Assembly (NCBI GenBank): GCA_003344405.1
Contig: NOWV01000106.1
Coordinates: 62,001 to 126,000, forward strand
Length of the DNA: 64,000 nucleotides
Reading direction: 5' to 3'
Source: Trichoplax sp. H2
Taxonomy: Eukaryota
Shown piece by piece: positions 11,442-24,340 of the stretch (the stretch's first letter is position 1; the number at the start of each line of letters is the position of its first letter). The notes under the pieces were generated by a model. It was given only the letters and a program-made list of their open reading frames with translations, was not told where the DNA came from and searched no databases. The translations under genes were made by a program, and so were the position numbers.

Positions 11442-14400
11442 TTACTTTTTCTTCTTCAGCTCTTCAAATCTTCGGGTAAGATCATCAAAATCGACATCAT
11501 CTCCTCCAGCACTGTTCTGTCCAACATTAGAATTTCCAGGTTTTGTTGATGGAGCGGTAGGTAAACTGCCGTTAGGTACAGACGGCAAGTCAGGCATGTT
11601 ATTATTTTCAGGATGCATTGGTACATTTGGCAGAGCTGTATAGAGAATAGAAATGTTAAGAAGATCTTTACCTGTACAAAATAATATAAAAAATTCCATC
11701 GATTAATGAAAGATATGAACTTTTCCCTTACTTGCATGTTTCCTAGGATCTTCATAACTAGGAGGTCGCTAAATCAAAAATTATGCTTCAATTAATAACA
11801 AATTTAAGATCTGTTGTTATTGTCTACATAAATTTTACTAGTAATAACTATTTCAGCATGTGTGCAGAATATACAGTGGAGTTTATCGTAAATCTATATT
11901 TACAAAAAACTCAGTAATGATAAATAACAGATTTGAGGTGTCTAAAAATTTGGCCCTTACATCTGCCGGAGCAGCTACGTTATTATAATTAGCGGGTCCA
12001 GGAAAGAATCCAGGAGCATTATTAGTGCCCTAAATTTTAAGAAGGTATTTCAAAGTTTAAACAATGCCATTATTTTTAAACCGAATCACAATCCTAACTT
12101 GCTACCAAAACTACTATAAAATTTAAAGCAGATCACTACCGCTGGTGGGTAAACCATATCATTCTGATGCGTTGGATACGGTGGCTGTGATGGATACTGT
12201 GCTTGATGAGCCTGAGGCTGAAGAACTGGTGGTTGTGGCATTACTGGCGTATTCATTTGGGGTGGTAAAGCATGGCCTCCTCCACCGCCACCGCCACCAT
12301 TGGGCTTATGGTCATTATCCTCATTGGTCGATGGCAATTTTGACATTAAATCGTCAACAGTGGGAATTCCCGCACCCTATCATTAAATCAATGTTTTGTT
12401 ATATAAATTTTTAAAGTAATAGAAGTTAAATTAACTTCTAAAAAGTTCGAAACATAGATTTGTAATAACAACTAGTGATATACATTGTAGAAAATTTAAG
12501 CGTATAAGACATAGCGTCAATATGGGTCCTGACGCAAATTTGCAACATAAACATGAATATTTTCAAAGCAACTATTCATAATAATAATAATGAAATTACC
12601 GCTAAGACAGCAGGGTCAGGCTCGTAAGCAACGTTGTGAGATCTTGCAATTTCCACAATATATTGTTCAACAAGCACTGCTGGAGGACCATGAGGGCTTA
12701 ATCTTTGTATTAGCTGCATAATTAATTGGAGATAATGTAACATTATCACTACCGTCAAAAATTCACTAACAATATAGAAAACATCCGTGTACAATGTACA
12801 ATTTTTAGTCACAGCATAGTGTAATATACAGTATTCTTAACCCAATCTATGTAAGTAAATACAACAGTTAAGACATGCATCCGTACTAACATGTTCATTA
12901 ACGTAACTATCCGCATTTGCCCTAGCATCTTCCGCAAATTTCTTACCAAACTTGATACCTAATAATTCACTAACCTATAACGATACAATATGTCAAGTTC
13001 AGTTTTTAGCCTTAAATACGTATAACAAGGATGTGAATGGAGTGATGCTATTTTCTATTCATAGGCATAAAGTAACAAATATAAATACGAGATTTACGTT
13101 CGTAGCACACACAATATATCAATAAAAACTTACAACTCGCAGCTCAGCAACGTCAGATGCTAAGCGAGGAGAAGCCCAAATTAAAGAGCAAACGGCAGTT
13201 AATAACCCCTCATCACAGTGCCTAAAGACAAGTTTTGAAAAAATTCGTAAATAAAGCTTGAAAATTTGATACAAATATGTTAATGTACAATATAGAAATA
13301 AAATTTTAAGTGCGATACAATTAAATATAATAGTGCTGTGTATTGTTGTCGAGTATTTTGATTTTTTCAAGTGATCTGATCTACAGTAACATTAAAATCA
13401 ATTTGTTGGTCAAATTTAGACCACTGCAAACAAGAAGATCACAGCAGACAAATGCGTCAAGCGATTTCCGTAACAAGAACTTTTCTACATCTTGACACTT
13501 TTTAACCAATGTAATAGTAACACGATGTAATTACATAAAGCGAAAACGTTATAAACTTCATCTTCTCTACTAAAATTTATCAAAAAGCAGGTATGGTATA
13601 GAGACAACTCAAAATCTATCCGTTCCTACTTCATGCTCTCTAAAAGACCAAATCTTGCTAGTAGAAGGTCACAGTATAATTCAACCAACTCCATAGCCTC
13701 AACTAAATAATCTTCTCGGATGATATGTTCGACCTGTAAGCAAAATAAATCAAATCAGATTCAATAGTACAACAATGTTAAACTTACAATATCAATTGTA
13801 ATGTAAATAGTATAAATTTCAATCATAGATAAATTAATCCAAAAGGGATATGAATTCAAATCCATTTCAATTAACTTAGTTACACTTCTAATTTGGATGT
13901 ATTTACTAAATTTGGCCTATTTTGGCATAGTAGAGGACATGCGTATAATTAATGCAACTGTTTATAGTGAACTTACATTTTTAAGTTACCCAATATCTTG
14001 TGACAAGATAAAGTAGAGTAGATACATGCTGCTATAATGTAAAGTAGTATTAAACGAAGAATCATGTAAAGCTAATTTACTTACGCGAATTCTGGCTCTT
14101 TCATACTTTGCATTAATCAGGTAATCGGCTATTTCTTTGCGGGATTTCTGAGCCATTTCAGCTGAAATAGCACCAAAAAATTAGATCAAGTTAAATCGTA
14201 GGAAGCAAATATTGTAATATCACAAAAGATAATATCACAGCATGAATAAAAATCGAGCAGTAACACAGGAAAAAAAATTGGACGTGTGCATCGGTAGACA
14301 ATCTGTGAGGTAATTTTAGCTAAATTTACGACTGGTATATCATTTTACGAATCGGAAAAGAAAATGCATTGAATTATATGATTAACTGCAAGAAACCAAA

Positions 14401-16120
14401 TCCTAAAGTACGATCATTGATTTGCTAGCCACACGGTACAACACAATCCTACTGTGTGAATGTACTCGATATTCTTAGGTAACTCACTATATAAGTGCAT
14501 AACATTAAAAGTACTGTCACTACATACCCGTACAGCAAAGAAAGTACTAACTCGATAACAAACTCTAGTCGGTTAAAGGCTTAGAAATATTGCAACATAT
14601 AAAACAACATACGCGTATGGCGTATTTTAAAATGGCGCATGATATAGAATATCAGCTTCCATGGTACATATTCTGAGGTTACAGAAACGACTGATTTAGT
14701 TGAGGTCCCCAATTTAAAGACTGGTAACCGATATGAATTTACGCGACGTGCATTATCCTATAACTAATTTTCAAGAATAACTAATCTAGGTTAATAGGAT
14801 TCGATGAACTGTTTTATTATACCTATCTAACTATATTCTTTTCAAGTTGAATGAAAATAAGAGTTGACGGATGGTAAGACAGTAAAATTTATGAACTGAA
14901 ACAGAACTGTCTACGTACCTGTATATCAAGCGTACACGACTATACTGTATACGTCATTGCAGAACTATGACCAATGTAGGTAAATTTGAAGTAAATCACA
15001 TCTATTTTTACTAGTTATTTACAGTACAGATATACAACTACATCAGCGCTTTACCCTAAACCAGTAAATTCTGTAACACTGTAGTCAGCAAGTATTGAAA
15101 GAGTGACAAAGCAATGTAATGTTAGCTCCATCCAAGTCAAAAAAAACATTGGATCAAGTGCATTAGACAGATCCAGTCAATTTTTAGACTATATCATTTA
15201 CAAATAGGCCAGAATGCTAGTCTAAACCTGTCTATCATCAATTTTGTACAGTGTAGCAAGAGAACTTGGCAAGGTGAAAACATTGATGTCCAATATTAGT
15301 GTGTAAGTAGCAATATTTATGCAGGAGGATATTGGTTATACTGGTATGGCAATTGTCATTCTATGTGTATAAATGGTGTTCATTTGTGAATTTGTAGTAA
15401 AGCACAGATGATTTGATTTCCGATTAAACACTCTCGCCTATTGGTGTTAGTGAACTATTGAGTCTGATCCAGGTATCCCCTTGCATGATGATTAGTTCAT
15501 ATTACAGCAAGTCCTCTTGAAATAGTAATATGGATGTCGCATTGTACATTTCAGTATTGAGATAAGCTACTGTAGAGTCTGCTAACAAGAAAGTAAACAC
15601 CTGCAATCAAATCGATTGGAAGTACTTTACCTATAAGCCAATATGGAAGTAGTCACTTCAAGCTCAAGTACTGTACAGTATGTTGTATTACAAGATTTAA
15701 GATTGATGTGGAGATACTGTAAGACAAATAAGTGTTGAACGCTAACTACGCTCCATTTTAGTTTGTCTAACTGCGTACAAGTGGATAGGCTTTCTTGGAT
15801 GGAGTCATTGCAATGGTTGAATTGATCTCAAATTTATGTTATTCCATCAATGCAAACAGAGACTACAGTCATTTCATGGCAAAATGGAAGGAGAATATTA
15901 TTGATTGAGGGGACTGTGATATAAGTTATACAAGATGAAGAAGTTGAGCATTAACAGTGGATGCAGCATTTGTAGTCATTGTGGGTCAAGTTGTAGTAGA
16001 GTAGGTGATTGATTATCCAGTGGATTACTTACTTTTTTTCTTTTCCAATAACTTGAGTCGGTTAATAACCAATCTAAGGTTTACTCGTAGTTTTTGTGGA
16101 CGCCAAGAAGCCTTAAACAT
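11442..16120 (-). CDS. IST1: IST1 homolog (ESCRT-III-associated factor), 10 coding exons
   Basis: Exons 16033-16120 (MFKASWRPQKLRVNLRLVINRLKLLEKKK), 14085-14161, 13630-13733 (VEHIIREDYLVEAMELVELYCDLLLARFGL), 13134-13221, 12891-12974, 12600-12713, 12140-12376, 11961-12029, 11732-11768 and 11442-11635 (MPDLPSVP...DVDFDDLTRRFEELKKKK*, MIT-interacting motifs). Phases are consistent. An in-frame alternative acceptor for the last exon near 11671 is possible. Confidence 0.95.
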
Positions 16121-17751
16121 GTCCAATTTCTATTTCTTCAAAGTTGTCTATGGCAAAGGAATGGCTTAATTTTAAAAAAGTGCAAGGATATTTTCTCCAA
16201 GATTCCGATCGTGATGTAGCAATGGCGATATCCAACTTCCAGTGTGCAATCTGACCAGGCCAAAGCATTGGAGATCTTATTTATCTCCCCCCGTACTGTA
16301 CCCACTATACCATATTATCTACTGTACGATACGGGTGCTATGCCATTCCACTCACTCTTCCCCGTCAACAATCGTTATGTATGAAAAACAACATTGACAC
16401 GGGACGGGGGTGACCCGATTTTACCATCATGTCATTATTGTAATGTTTCTATTTTAAGATTTTCTGATCATTGATACGGACTGCAGTACGTACAGAATAG
16501 GACTTTCTTGTTGCTTACTATTGTACAATGTACAGTACTGTACTGTACAGTATGTCCGGAGTGACTACAGTACTGTAGTGTAGTCAACTACAAGAACTGT
16601 ACTGAGTGGACAGCACAGACACAGCGCAGCAGCGTACGTAACAAGTAGATGCGATCTGTACAGTGCAGTTGTGCGTACGCGTACTCTAGAATCTGAGATG
16701 ATCTGCGCTTGCACGAGGTTTCACCTCGCGAGGTGAAAAATAGTTACCGCACAGTATATCTGTCACCGTGTCACGTATCGGTGACACCGCTGGTGAATGA
16801 CATCATCAACCATCCATCAATTCATACAAGAAGCATCAGTCACTCCATCCATCCATCTCTATACTTTCGCTTGCTGTGACCAAAATACCAAATGCAGAGC
16901 ACAACTCACTATATTTTCCGACTGTAGTCAACTACAAGAACTGTACTGAGTGGACAGTGCAGTATATCTGTCACCGTGTCACGTATCGATGACACCGCTG
17001 GTGAATAACATTATCAACCATCCATCAATTCATACAAGAAGCACCAGTCACTCCATCCATCCATCTCTACACTTTCGCTCGCTGTGACCAAAATACCAAA
17101 TGCAAAGAACAACTCACCGACTGTACTGTACTGTAGTCACTCTGGACAGTCACTCTGGACATACTGTACTGTACATCTGTCACGTATCGATGACACCGCG
17201 ATGCGGTGAATGACATCATCAACCATCAATTCATAGAAGAAGCACCAGTCACTCAATCCATCTCTACACTTTCCCTCGCTGTGACCAAAATACCAAATGC
17301 AAAGCACAACTCACTACATTTTCCGAAAGCTATACTACTTTCGTAGACTAAGTTGAAAAATTTTGAAGAGAGCAGACGTATCAATAATATAGAAAAGTAC
17401 ACACCACATAGACAACATTGATACTAGTTTACTGGCCATAGAGACAGGCAAATTTGGACGATCATTCAGTAAAAACGTAGCATGAAGCCATTGCAAGTGA
17501 GCATAGCGAGGTCGTTGACGGTGTAGTGTCACTAGTGTGGGGTGAGTAGTCGACGTACTGTACCACCGTACTGGACGTCAGAGTGAGAAAGTCGTGCGTT
17601 CAATTGTTCTACTGCACCTGTCTAGTGTCAGTAACGTCAGTAACAAACGGACGTGACGCCACACTCGCTACAACTTCTTCCACACACTCGTCCTGGGCCA
17701 ACCACAATTGATTTCAATCGATTTTGCTGCAGCAAACGTCAATTGATCAAA
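16121..17751. promoter_or_regulatory. Putative divergent promoter region shared by IST1 and MYDGF
   Basis: Head-to-head ATGs 1.6 kb apart. Locally CpG/GC-enriched, with GTACA tracts, CRE-like ACGTCA sites near 17575 and 17634, and a perfect 20-bp palindrome at 16719-16738. Confidence 0.55.
16750..17326. repeat. Three imperfect tandem copies of a ~150-210-bp unit in the IST1/MYDGF intergenic region
   Basis: Core TGTCACGTATCG[G/A]TGACACCGC...GCTGTGACCAAAATACCAAATGC...ACAACTCAC occurs at ~16750-16958, ~16959-17120 and ~17176-17326. A partial copy (TGTAGTCAACTACAAGAACTGTACTGAGTGGACAG) lies at ~16579-16613. Confidence 0.9.
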
Positions 17752-20317
17752 ATGGCTGCGATGAAATATCTGCCCTTGCTTGTTCTATTATTTCTTCACC
17801 TACCAATTCACTGCTTAAGTCAATCTCATGAAATGAAATCATTTGATGCAAAGCCAAACGGCCAGTCAACAACAGTGGTCACTAAATTGGTGAGTACTGG
17901 AGAGGAAACCAATTTGACACTGATTTCAAAACTCTTGCTTGCAGGCTGCAGCTATGGCTGGTAACCATGGTACCATGGATGATGCTACTAGTTCATATCT
18001 ACCTCGCTTAATGACGATTTTACTGTAAATCATAACTTGGAACTGACTAACTTTCTTTCCAGCCAAGCAATATTGAACATCAATGTGCCAATAGACTATA
18101 TTCGTTAGGCTTTACTGCAAGCCTTGACGCAGTCCAAAATACTTCTACATGTCATTACAGCACCAACACTCAATCTAGACTCAGTCAGAAAGTAAAATAC
18201 ACGACAAACCTATGGACATGTTGATTGATAGACAGCACAGAGCAACACAGCAGCTATCATTTACTTTTCCAGATCAATTGTGTACTTTACATACTCCACC
18301 CTAAAATGGACTCGTATGCAAATAGATCCATGTACCAATTTCAGCTAATTATACTGGTAGCATGTATTGAAAGTGTATCCTAGTAATAATAAAGTAAAGC
18401 ACCATGTCATGTACAATAGTCGCTGTATTTAATCGAATTATAGATGATGAGTGGTATCATGAAACGGTGTTCTTATATTATTTGCAAGAAGTTGCAAAAT
18501 CCATCCATTACAATTCCCATAAATAACGCCTGTAGCGACGATACAATAAACGAACCTAGGTTAGGTTAGCTTTTTTTAGGATTCAATTCAACATTGAAGA
18601 CTGCTTTAGATCAACATTATCGATAGACAACGTATATTGTGCTAATCCAATTAAGATTCGCTACTCTCTTAATATGAAGACTACTCGTCAAGACCCCTAG
18701 CAGAATTTGTTACTAGACTAATAATCGCTCCTTAAATCTCACTCCAACCTGTGTATGTTGTCTTGAATTAATTCAAAGACAGAATCTGTAACATCGATCA
18801 ATGCAAATACATACATTATATACCTTACAGTACAACAACGTTCTAATCATAAAGTCTTCCATATTCAGTCAAAACCTTCATAGTAATATTGAATATCAGC
18901 CGCATATCATGCTAATAAGCCTGCGAGTGAAACCTCCTGTGGACCACTAGACAATTCTATGTGCTTTTTTAATTCATCTGCTAGTATGTTGCAAAACAAT
19001 CAACCACAAGTGCTATCACTGAATGCTGTAGAATCATTGCAATACAGTATAATCTACTATAAGTGAGTTATACCGTCGTCTCAATGTAGCATGAATACGA
19101 TATGCCAAAAGTATCCATTTATCTTCTTATAATTCATTGAAATGCCTTATTCTCAATTCTGATATTCTTCGTTAAATAATATCTCTAATTTTCAATGTAT
19201 TTCATAATTAGGAATCAATCCAGTGCCAATTTACTTTTGCAGTAGTTGGAGGGACTAATGAGGTAATACTGCTTTAATATCAACAGCTTGCATAGATTAA
19301 TATATTGACATGTAGATTATTCTATTCTGTATAAAGCAGTCTATCTTAAACTACTTGTATGACGATACCAGAATAGTTAATGATATCGAACATGCATTAT
19401 CTTTCTTTAATAAAAATGAAATATTTTATTATGTTATAGAACTGGGTTATGAAAGTATCTCGCGAGAAAGACGGCAAATATACCTGCATAGTAACCAGGT
19501 TCAGTAGCAAGCTAGAACGACTTATTGTGCTTATCACTATTTCGAGCTGATTTATCTCATAAAATGTCCTTTACTACTAGTCTGTTAGCAATAGTACCGT
19601 AGTAGCCAAAGAAATCCATTCGTAAATAACCAGTTTTACATGCGTATAATGATATCAATCATGTAAGCGTTACAATTTTAATCAATTTCAAGTTATTAAT
19701 TCATTCTTAACTTCGTTAGACCGGATAAAGATTCTTACCTTGTGTTCATGAGCTTTCAACTAAAGGTGAAAGGGGGAAAAATTTCTAATGTTGAAGTATA
19801 TGTAAGTTTGACTCCATGTAATATGTATTATAGTTGCAATACAATCAAAGTGCCCAACTAAGGTCACCTTAATACTCATAATCACCAATCTAAATTTCGT
19901 TTAGAAAGTGCATTATAAGGGAGAATTTTTACAAGTACTTCAATTATAAATCTAATCTATTCTGTCTAAAAGCATACTCTGAACTACTTGTTAACATCTC
20001 AATTACCCAAACGAATTAAGAATCCGCGAAATATTACTAAATCTAAAACCTCTCTCTAGGATAAAGATGCTAAACTCGAGTCGAACACTTACGCAGTTAC
20101 GGATTCTGTAGGTATGTTACCAAATCTAGACTTCGTGAATGAACTACAACTTTCGCCAATAATACATACGCAACTTACGATAAATATTCAATCACTTAAT
20201 AATAAAAGCTAACATTTTTTATTATCGTATTTTATTATAGTACAACACGCTCAGGGAAAATTTAAAGCTAACCTCAAACTTATAACTGTATCCATTTCCA
20301 AACATGATGAATTATAA
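17752..20317 (+). CDS. MYDGF: Myeloid-derived growth factor (C19orf10/UPF0556) homolog with C-terminal HDEL
   Basis: Exons 17752-17889 (signal peptide, SFDAKPNG), 19212-19262 (ESIQCQFTFAVVGGTNE), 19440-19498 (NWVMKVSREKDGKYTCIVTR), 19720-19801 (PDKDSYLVFMSFQLKVKG), 20060-20111 and 20241-20317 (VQHAQGKFKANLKLITVSISKHDEL*). Matches the MYDGF motifs FDVRPGG, CxFTY..GGTNEQW, CTIWRP..SYLYF and GAFKA. Confidence 0.93.
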
Positions 20318-23300
20318 TTTATTTAATATTCTGTAATGACATATTTTTGCCAATTTAATCGATACAATTTTTAACGTGCTTGCACTATCGCGTATGTATC
20401 AATCGGATAGTGCTTATCAATATCTTACGTAAGTAATTTAATTATTATCTATTACTATTTCATAATCTGTCTTGATAGAAATTACACATATACAGGATGA
20501 TATGTACTTAGTTTTCTATTCATTGTCATCGATGAAATAAAATGATAGATATTTTAGATCAATCATAGCTAAGAATTATGTGATTCAATAGTAATTATAT
20601 CAGTTATTTACCAAAAGCTGCAAAATAACATGAAGGATCTACTGTGAAGATTAATTTTAACGGTAGTTGTCTAATTACGACTGAACGATGTAAAAATAAC
20701 CAGTAATTCTAATAGAAAAATTTACAACTAAATGGTGTATGTCGAATCGGAGACAGGTGTTGTTTGCAAGCATTTATTTGTTGTGAGTATATACTACTTG
20801 CAGTAACATACACTAATGTACGCATAGAACAAGGATAGGACTACTATACTGTTGTAATTTAGCTTAAGGAAAATTAGTAAAATCGCAAGGTAATATCTTT
20901 TAGTATATGATTTTTGCCTTCCATAGCCTATTAATACATGTCAACAATTTAGGGTTAATACATTGCCTACAATATAGACATTACCTGTAATTTTCACATG
21001 GAGAAATGTATAGTATGCAACCACAGATTAGTATAATAAAAGCATATTTAAATTTCATCATTAATCCGTATCTAAATAGCAGGTATACCGAAACAACCCT
21101 AATAAGAGAAACATTAAATTTAAAAATCTAGACTAGCAATACGCAAGCATTTATCTATCAAAAACGAAAATAGATACCATTTTCGAGTATGAAGAATTTA
21201 CACATTCACATTAGAAATCTAAATTTATATTAATTTTTAGCGTATTTCTCAGCAAAAATAGGGCCAAAAAGGAAATGAGTTCCACTGCTGTATTGATTAA
21301 CGCGCAGATCTGGTGATAGTAATCCATATTTACAATTATTGACTCTTTATAAATACCTAGCTGCTATCCCCCAAAACTTTTACGCGAAAAACATTCAAGT
21401 TATAGTTCTGCATAGCTTGATTGTCACCGATCAACTCTAACTACTAGCTCATACTATTTCATTTCTAATTCAATCATCGCTAAAATCTAACATTATATAA
21501 TAATGGAACTGTAAGCAACCAGACTCACTCGGTATGCTTAGAAAATAGTTATTTCTAATTCTTATTTATTAAACTAATATTTTTGATACCTTCTTTGTCT
21601 AAAGTCTTCTACTATAGGTTGGTTACATTAGTAGTATCTTATCTACCATATAGCCTAGGTTAAAATTGAATTGATTATTTATTTGAGAGGATTATCATCG
21701 GTACAAATTCGGTCAGCTTGCTTTATATTAATGTTGAATATAAATTTTAAAGTAAAAAGCTGTAATGGAATAGTATTTGATAAGCCCATATAGATTGAAG
21801 AGATGTAGTATTTCTAAGATTAACGATCCAATTGCTATGTTACAAGATACATTTACTAGTGCAATGTGAGGAATAAATTATGCTGGTATTTAATAAACAT
21901 CCTGCGGGTATTTATTTACCATACAAGAAACTACACAATAAGCTCGCTTCTTCCAATATCAAGATAAAGTTTATTATTTCTATTCATTCAGCTAAAATTG
22001 TTAGTCTTGCCATAAATCGAAGGTATTGCTGCTTCTTATTATAATTATACGAAGTATTAAAAGTTGTCTTAGTTTGCTACAGGAAATATTAATTATACGC
22101 TTGATAGTAAGGAAATAACATGCATCGTAAATAATATTGCATGTTATCCATTCAATTATCTCAATGTGTACTTATGGTCTTGCGGCCTTATTATTTACTT
22201 TTGGAAATTAAAACAACGCTGTCTTTCTTCAATAATGCCTGTTGTTATAGTAGAAATGATCGATCACAATAATTAAGAAAGGGAAATGCAGGTTGAGAAA
22301 AATCGACTAAAAATTTTATAGCAACAAATAAAATTTAATTAATAATGATGGAAATGACCCTTACGGTAACAATTACCAGCGAAATATTACTGAGGGTAAT
22401 TAATAAAAGTTATTATAGGAAGCAATATTTAATACGATTTTTATGTTTGGTCTAAATATCTACCTCTACCAGGTAGACGATCTTTATTTTTCAGGTATTT
22501 CGAACTTTATGATTCTATTAGAAAATCGTTGTAGATACTGGTAAAATATTGATAGGAGATAGATACCGGTATATCAATTTTAAACTAATTTTGTTACATT
22601 CAAGCCTTTTCATAATGAAAACTATTATCACCAGCAACGAGCATCTTGGAGAAGGTAATGAAGATCCCGGAAGTAGATTATGTATGAATAAAAATATGTG
22701 CCCGGATACGCAGTTCAGTTACTGAGATACAATTAAATAATTAATCAAATTCTTAAATTCGGCACGTATCATTAGAAATGAAAATTTCTAGGGTGAAAAA
22801 CATCAAAGTTTCCATTAGCATCGATTCTTATTACCATTTTATTTGTCTTACCGACAACAGTATATTTTTAATTAAAGTCTCATTTTTAAAGTGAAAGTAA
22901 GAAAAGTCTCGAGTAAATTCATTATTATTATCAAGACTAAATAAAAGATATAACAATATCCCGCCAACAACAATCAATAAAATTTCATAGCCTTAAAGTT
23001 TAATACGAAATTATGGTAAGATCTGACCATAAACATACAAGAACTACAAAGAATGTGATAGCAATGCGACTTAAATCTAATTTAATAAGGCGTTAGCCGA
23101 ATTATTCTAGTTGAATTGCTGTTAATCATGTCAGTCAATTTTTTTATTACTGTTTACTAATTGTTCAGTTAAAAGTAACATTGGATCACTCTTATCCATA
23201 GATCTTTCCATAAATTAGCCTCAATCTTATTTAAAAACCTCATCCGGGATTTATCAATACCATATCAGGAGTATTAGCTCACTATCTTGCAGCAAATATG

Positions 23301-24124
23301 TCATTTCTTTACTGTTTAAATTACATATTATAACTTATTCCCTTATCTATCTTAAAGGCAACCATATAAAACTCATATAAGGCATTCTAAAGCATGCATA
23401 TTCGTATTCTATCACATATTATACCGAGTATCGGTATTTATTAAACCTAATTTTAATTGCATATCAAACTAGGTGTTTTACTACCTTTGAATTTCATCTT
23501 CTTCGATACAAACAAATCAAATTAAGACCTTACGTATACATCAGGCCTCCGTTACATTCCCATCGACTTCTGTCACAAACTATTGATTTATATTTTATTA
23601 GCTCTCAGAAATCTTTGTCAATACTCAAGATGTTCTGTTCGTATCGCTATAAGAGTACATAATATCTAAAAATTACTCTAGATTACCTTGTCTAATCAAT
23701 TATGTTGAAATATAAACATATCAATTCACTTCTTATTTATTATACAATCGCATTTTCAGTTTAAATGAAATTAATTTGCATTTAGTAATTTGGAATTTCA
23801 ACCTTACCCACCGTTACATCGAAATGTTTTATTTAACTTATGAAATTCAATTATGTCGCGTACAATTCTTCTGTGGATTTTTATTTGTCTAAAATTTTAT
23901 GATATAATAGCGACTTATGTTTACATTAGTACTTTACTGATTCTCTCATTTCTATCTGACATGGACACTTTGGTATTTAAACTTGATCACATCAATAACA
24001 TTACTGCTAGTATCATAACACTAACAGCAGTATTCAAGATGCAACATAACTGCTTATTATAATTTCTAGCAGAGTATTAATTATTACTATCGCTACAGTT
24101 GTTGTTACTGTCATTTATGTGGCA

Positions 24125-24340
24125 ATTTTCTTCTCAGAAGGTCATACCTATTAGTATTGTAGTCATTCTTGATCTTATTTTCCGGCTCATTAATTAAAAA
24201 TTTATATAAAATGCGATACAAGTAATATAAAATTAATAAATTTTTTCAATATATAGCAATTTTTTCTCAGAAAATCAAGCCTGTTAGTATTGTAGCTTTT
24301 CTTGATGTCATCTTTAGCTATTTAATCAAAAATTAATATA
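24125..24340. repeat. Diverged two-copy direct repeat (~135-bp spacing)
   Basis: TTCTCAGAAGGTCATACCTATTAGTATTGTAGTCATTCTTGAT versus TTCTCAGAAAATCAAGCCTGTTAGTATTGTAGCTTTTCTTGAT. Confidence 0.6.

Noticed and set aside
11407-12414. Plus-strand ORFs 11407-11643 and 12145-12414, and alternate-frame ORF 11456-11755
   Set aside because: Antisense or off-frame shadows of IST1 exons.
16750-17326. Repeat array considered as a CRISPR-like locus
   Set aside because: Long imperfect units without unique spacers, in a eukaryotic context with no cas genes.
17961-17974. X-box-like GTAACCATGGTACC in MYDGF intron 1
   Set aside because: Single imperfect match in a non-ciliary gene with no supporting context.
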